In this document: positions 60,351 to 64,000 of the stretch, in pieces
How positions within the stretch are numbered: position 1 is the stretch's first letter
Layout of the letters: each line of letters begins with the position of its first letter
From: an uncultured Actinomycetota bacterium
GTDB lineage: Bacteria > Actinomycetota > Actinomycetes > JAFAQI01
Assembly (NCBI GenBank): GCA_963770565.1
Contig: CAVYQE010000006.1
Coordinates: forward strand, 64,001-128,000
Length of the DNA: 64,000 bases
Direction: 5' to 3'
Position numbers and translations under genes: made by a program
Notes under the pieces: generated by a model
What the model was told of the DNA's origin: nothing
The model's input: only the letters and a program-made list of their open reading frames with translations
Database searches by the model: none

Positions 60351-61100
60351 TCAGGGGCGGAACGTGAACCCGCCGTCGATCGCGAAGGTCTGGCCGGTCA
60401 CCCACGCCGCGTCGTCGCTGCATAGGTAGCGCATCATCCCGTACATGTCCGCGGCTGTCCCCGCGCGCTTGACCGCGTTCTGACTGACCAGCCGCTCGAT
60501 CACCGCGGGCGGCACCTGGCGCTGAGTGGCCTCGTTGTCGATCGTGCCGGGTGCGATCGCGTTGACCGTGATGCCGTCGCCGCCCACCTCGGTCGCCATC
60601 GCGTAGGTCAGCTGGATCAGGCCGAGCTTGCTCACGCCGTACACGCCGCTCGGCCGCCACGCACCGATCGAGGCAATGTTGACGATCCGGCCCCACCTGT
60701 TCTCGCGCATCGCCGGCACCACGGCCGCACTGCACAGCAGCGGGCCTTTGAGGTTCACCGCCATCACGAGGTCCCAGTAGCCGGGGTCGATCTCGGTCAG
60801 CTTGGCGCGCTCGAGGTCGCCCCAGATCCCGGCGTTGTTGACCAGCACGTGTACGCCGCCGAACTCCGCGACCGTCGCGGCAACGAGGTCGCTGACACTC
60901 GTTGCGTCGGTGACGTCGACGGTCACCGCAAGGCAGCGCCCACCGCTCTCCCGGATGTCGGCGGCGGTGGCCTGCGCGGAGTCGCTGTCGACGTCGGCGA
61001 TCACGACTGCGGCGCCATCTCTGGCGAACGACTGCGCGTACTCGCGGCCGAGGCCGCGACCCGCTCCGGTGACGATGGCTACCTTGTCGTCGAGCGTCAT
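60351..61100 (-). CDS. SDR-family oxidoreductase
   Basis: TGAGRGLG; NNAG; YGVSK; VNAIAPG. Confidence 0.9.
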   Translation of the reverse strand: MTLDDKVAIVTGAGRGLGREYAQSFARDGAAVVIADVDSDSAQATAADIRESGGRCLAVTVDVTDATSVSDLVAATVAEFGGVHVLVNNAGIWGDLERAKLTEIDPGYWDLVMAVNLKGPLLCSAAVVPAMRENRWGRIVNIASIGAWRPSGVYGVSKLGLIQLTYAMATEVGGDGITVNAIAPGTIDNEATQRQVPPAVIERLVSQNAVKRAGTAADMYGMMRYLCSDDAAWVTGQTFAIDGGFTFRP

Positions 61101-61156
61101 TTCACGAGCTCCCATCGAGCTTTGGCACTAGCATTGGGCCTCTGACAACCCCAAGA

Positions 61157-61172
61157 ATTGCGTATACTCTGT
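61157..61172. promoter_or_regulatory. Operator site 9 (ATTGCGTATACTCTGT)
   Basis: Between the divergent SDR and ABC transporter genes. Confidence 0.6.
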
Positions 61173-61247
61173 TTTGATGGCACGCCGGGGCTGGAGTCAG
61201 CCCGCGGGCGGCAGTGTGAACCCGAACACAGCCGCGAGGAGTTCGCA

Positions 61248-64000
61248 TTGGTGACCATCCCCTTCCCGGGTGCGGACTTTCAGATCCCCTACAACGTGCT
61301 CATTCTGGGTCTGATCACGGGTCTCACCTACTCGTTGCTGGGAATGGGAATCACCCTGGTCTACCGGACCTCGCGGGTGCTCAACTTCGCTCAGGGCGAG
61401 ATGGGCGCGCTGCCCGCGATGATCATCCCGATCCTCGTGATCAACCGGCACTGGAACTACTGGGTCACGCTGTTCATGGCGATCGGGGGCGCCGTACTGG
61501 TCGGTGCGCTGGCCGAGTTTCTCGTGATCCGGCGGCTGCATGCCGCCTCGCGGCTGACCGCTTTGGTCGCGACGATCGCCCTCGCCGAAGTGCTCTACAT
61601 CGTCGGCATCCTGATCCCGAAGGGATCATCGGACCTGATCGGGGCGTCATACCCGACGCCGTTCTCGACCTCCATCACGATCGGCTCGCTCATCCTCGGG
61701 CCGGGGCAGCTGTTGATCCTCATCGTGGTCCCGCTCACGATGATCGGCCTGACCTTGTTCCTACGCCGCAGCCGCCTCGGCCGGGCCAGTCGCGCGGCGG
61801 CGGAGAACACCGAGGCGGCACAGCTCGCCGGCATTCCGACCAACCGGATCTCGCTCGCGATGTGGTCGATCGCAGGTCTGCTGGCGGGCATCTCCGCGAT
61901 CCTGATCGGCCCGACGCAACCGATCTCGGTCGGTTCGGCGCTCGGCCCGACCCTGCTGGTGCGCGCGCTCGGCGCCGCGATGCTCGGCGGGCTGACGAGG
62001 TTGCCGACCGTGTTCCTCGGCGGGATCGGGATCGGTCTGATCGAGGCCCTCGTCACCTGGAACTACCCGAACGGTGACGCGACCGACCTGGTGATCTTCG
62101 TGATCATCCTCGGCAGCCTGCTGGTGCAGCGCCGGCTCGGGCAGCAGGCCCGCGGGATGGAGGAGAGCTCCTGGTCGCTCGCCCGCAACCTCCGTCCGCT
62201 TCCACCGAGCCTCGCAGCCCACCCGCGGGTCCGCCGCGCCCGGGTGGTGGCCTTCGTGGTGATGATCGCGATCGCGGTCGCGCTTCCGTTACCACTGCAC
62301 TCGGCGCAGCGGTTCTTCCTCAGCGAGGTCGTGGTCTTCGCGCTGATGGGGCTCTCGCTTGTCGTGCTGACCGGCTACGCGGGACAGGTCTCACTCGGCC
62401 AGCTGGCTTTCGTCGCGGTCGGTGCAACGGTCGGCGGCCGCTTCCTCGAGATGGGGCTGCCCGGTCCGCTGGCGGCATTGATCGCGACCCTGATCGGCGG
62501 CGCGGTCGCGCTGGTGGTCGGGCTGCCCGCGCTGCGGATCCGCGGGCTCTTCCTCGCGGTGACGACGCTTGCCTTCTCGGTGGCGGTGGCCGGCTGGATG
62601 TTCGGGCAGGGCTGGCTGGTGAAGAACACCGGCTTTGCCAACTCGTTACAGATTTCGCGGCCGAACATCGGCGGGCTGAACTTCGAGGACGAGAAGTACT
62701 ACTACTGGCTGTGCCTGTTGATCCTGGTGGTCGTCGGGCTTGCGGTCGGGTGGCTGCGGACCAGCCGGCTCGGCCGCTCGATGATCGCGGTCCGCGACAA
62801 CGAGGCCTCTGCGGCCAGCCTGTCGATCTCGCCCGGGCGGACCAAGCTCGCCGCGTTCGTGATCAGCGGGTTGATCGCATCGCTGGCCGGCTACCTGTAC
62901 GGCGGGTTGCTGGTCGACTTCTCCTACGACCCGGCGTCGACCTTCGGTGCGCAGGGATCGCTCGACCTGGTCGTGATGACCGTGCTGGGTGGCGTCACGA
63001 CCGTCACCGGCGCGGTCGTCGGCGCGGCCTGGGTGCAGGGACTGCCGGAGCTGTTCGGCCAGAACATCGGGATCCTCAGCTCCGGCTTCGGCCTGATCGC
63101 GATCCTGCTGGTGCTTCCGGGTGGTCTCGCCTCGCTGGTCTTCACCCTCCGCGACCGGGCCGCGGCCTGGTTGGCGCGAAGCGGCGTCGGCGAGGCCGAA
63201 GCGCCGCCGGCCGCTGCGGCAGTCCAACCTCGGGCCGAGGCGACCGGGCCACCGGTGGCAAGACCCTCGCCCGATGTCGGACCACCGGCGTCGGGCGATG
63301 CCGAGATCCCGTTGCAGGCACACGGCGTACGCGTCAGCTATGGCGGGCTGCTTGCCCTCGACGACGTGTCGGTCTACGCGCGTCCCGGCGAGATCGTCGG
63401 CATCATGGGGACCAACGGCGCGGGCAAGACAACGCTGTTCGACGTCCTCTCCGGCCGGATCCGTCCGGTCAACGGCGAGGTGCAGCTCTACGGCCGCGAC
63501 ATCACCCGCCAGCCCTCGCACCGGCGGGCGCGGCTCGGCCTCGGCCGGACCTTCCAGCAAGCGCGGCTGTTCGACGACCTGACCGTCATCGACGCGGTCC
63601 AGATCGCGGTCGAGGGCGGCTCGGACCCCGGCCGGCCGGCCGCCGACACCGGCCGGGTCGAAGCGCGCCGGATCCGCCGGGGCCGCGCCTCCGCGCACGC
63701 AGCGTTGACGATGGTGGGCCTGCACGACCAGCGGCATCGTTACGCCGGCGAGCTGTCCACCGGCACCCGCCGGCTCGTGGAGCTTGCGTGCGTGGCCGCG
63801 CTTGGCGCGAAGGTGCTCCTGCTGGACGAGCCGACCGCGGGCTTCACTCAGGCCGAAGTCGACGAATTTGTTGTGGTGCTACGGAATCTGCGGGATACGA
63901 CCGGGGTCACGTTGGTCGTGATCGACCACGATGTGCCGATGATGATCGAGCTCGCCGAGCGCTTGTACGTCCTGGAGGCGGGCCGGGTGATCGCCGAAGG
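61248..64000 (+). CDS. Fused branched-chain-type ABC transporter (LivH-like + LivM-like permease + ATPase); runs off the window
   Basis: Manual translation in one frame: LVYRTSRVLNFAQGE, GYAGQVSLGQ, LPALRIRGL, AVRDNE, GTNGAGKTT, GLGRTFQ, LLDEP, IDHD; frame checked between 61251 and 63360. Confidence 0.85.
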   Translation, partial: MVTIPFPGADFQIPYNVLILGLITGLTYSLLGMGITLVYRTSRVLNFAQGEMGALPAMIIPILVINRHWNYWVTLFMAIGGAVLVGALAEFLVIRRLHAASRLTALVATIALAEVLYIVGILIPKGSSDLIGASYPTPFSTSITIGSLILGPGQLLILIVVPLTMIGLTLFLRRSRLGRASRAAAENTEAAQLAGIPTNRISLAMWSIAGLLAGISAILIGPTQPISVGSALGPTLLVRALGAAMLGGLTRLPTVFLGGIGIGLIEALVTWNYPNGDATDLVIFVIILGSLLVQRRLGQQARGMEESSWSLARNLRPLPPSLAAHPRVRRARVVAFVVMIAIAVALPLPLHSAQRFFLSEVVVFALMGLSLVVLTGYAGQVSLGQLAFVAVGATVGGRFLEMGLPGPLAALIATLIGGAVALVVGLPALRIRGLFLAVTTLAFSVAVAGWMFGQGWLVKNTGFANSLQISRPNIGGLNFEDEKYYYWLCLLILVVVGLAVGWLRTSRLGRSMIAVRDNEASAASLSISPGRTKLAAFVISGLIASLAGYLYGGLLVDFSYDPASTFGAQGSLDLVVMTVLGGVTTVTGAVVGAAWVQGLPELFGQNIGILSSGFGLIAILLVLPGGLASLVFTLRDRAAAWLARSGVGEAEAPPAAAAVQPRAEATGPPVARPSPDVGPPASGDAEIPLQAHGVRVSYGGLLALDDVSVYARPGEIVGIMGTNGAGKTTLFDVLSGRIRPVNGEVQLYGRDITRQPSHRRARLGLGRTFQQARLFDDLTVIDAVQIAVEGGSDPGRPAADTGRVEARRIRRGRASAHAALTMVGLHDQRHRYAGELSTGTRRLVELACVAALGAKVLLLDEPTAGFTQAEVDEFVVVLRNLRDTTGVTLVVIDHDVPMMIELAERLYVLEAGRVIAE

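Overview
High-GC (~70%) actinobacterial-type DNA in four parts. (1) 1-5.5 kb: secreted and membrane proteins, a decayed HTH-nucleotidyltransferase/HEPN toxin-antitoxin pair and an IS21 remnant. (2) 5.5-19.5 kb: a ~14 kb integrative mobilizable element inserted in the 3' end of tRNA-Phe(GAA), bounded by a 47-bp direct repeat. It carries a second, intact HTH-MNT/HEPN pair, tyrosine integrase, excisionase, MobF relaxase-helicase, a repeat-rich oriT-like region, a complete IS21 (5-bp TSD) that splits an orphan gene, and a broken PadR/ABC exporter. (3) 19.5-31.3 kb: a defence-like group (AAA-DUF4143, HNH, SauUSI-like PLD-helicase-DUF3427, NERD), a DEAD-box helicase and a DIP1984-family gene. That gene is followed at once by a ~240-nt non-coding element with three nested long-range helices and a tRNA-like T-arm, which is the best candidate here for an undescribed protein-RNA system. 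(4) 31.4-64 kb: a catabolic island (ETF fusion, acyl-CoA dehydrogenases, P450/ferredoxin, four amidohydrolases, LLM oxidoreductases, CoA ligase/transferase, ALDH, TPP enzyme, fused ABC transporter) whose promoters share a 16-bp palindromic operator seen about nine times; it also holds three REP-like repeats. Many frameshifts in the first half may be sequencing errors. All family calls come from motif recognition by eye, not from database searches.
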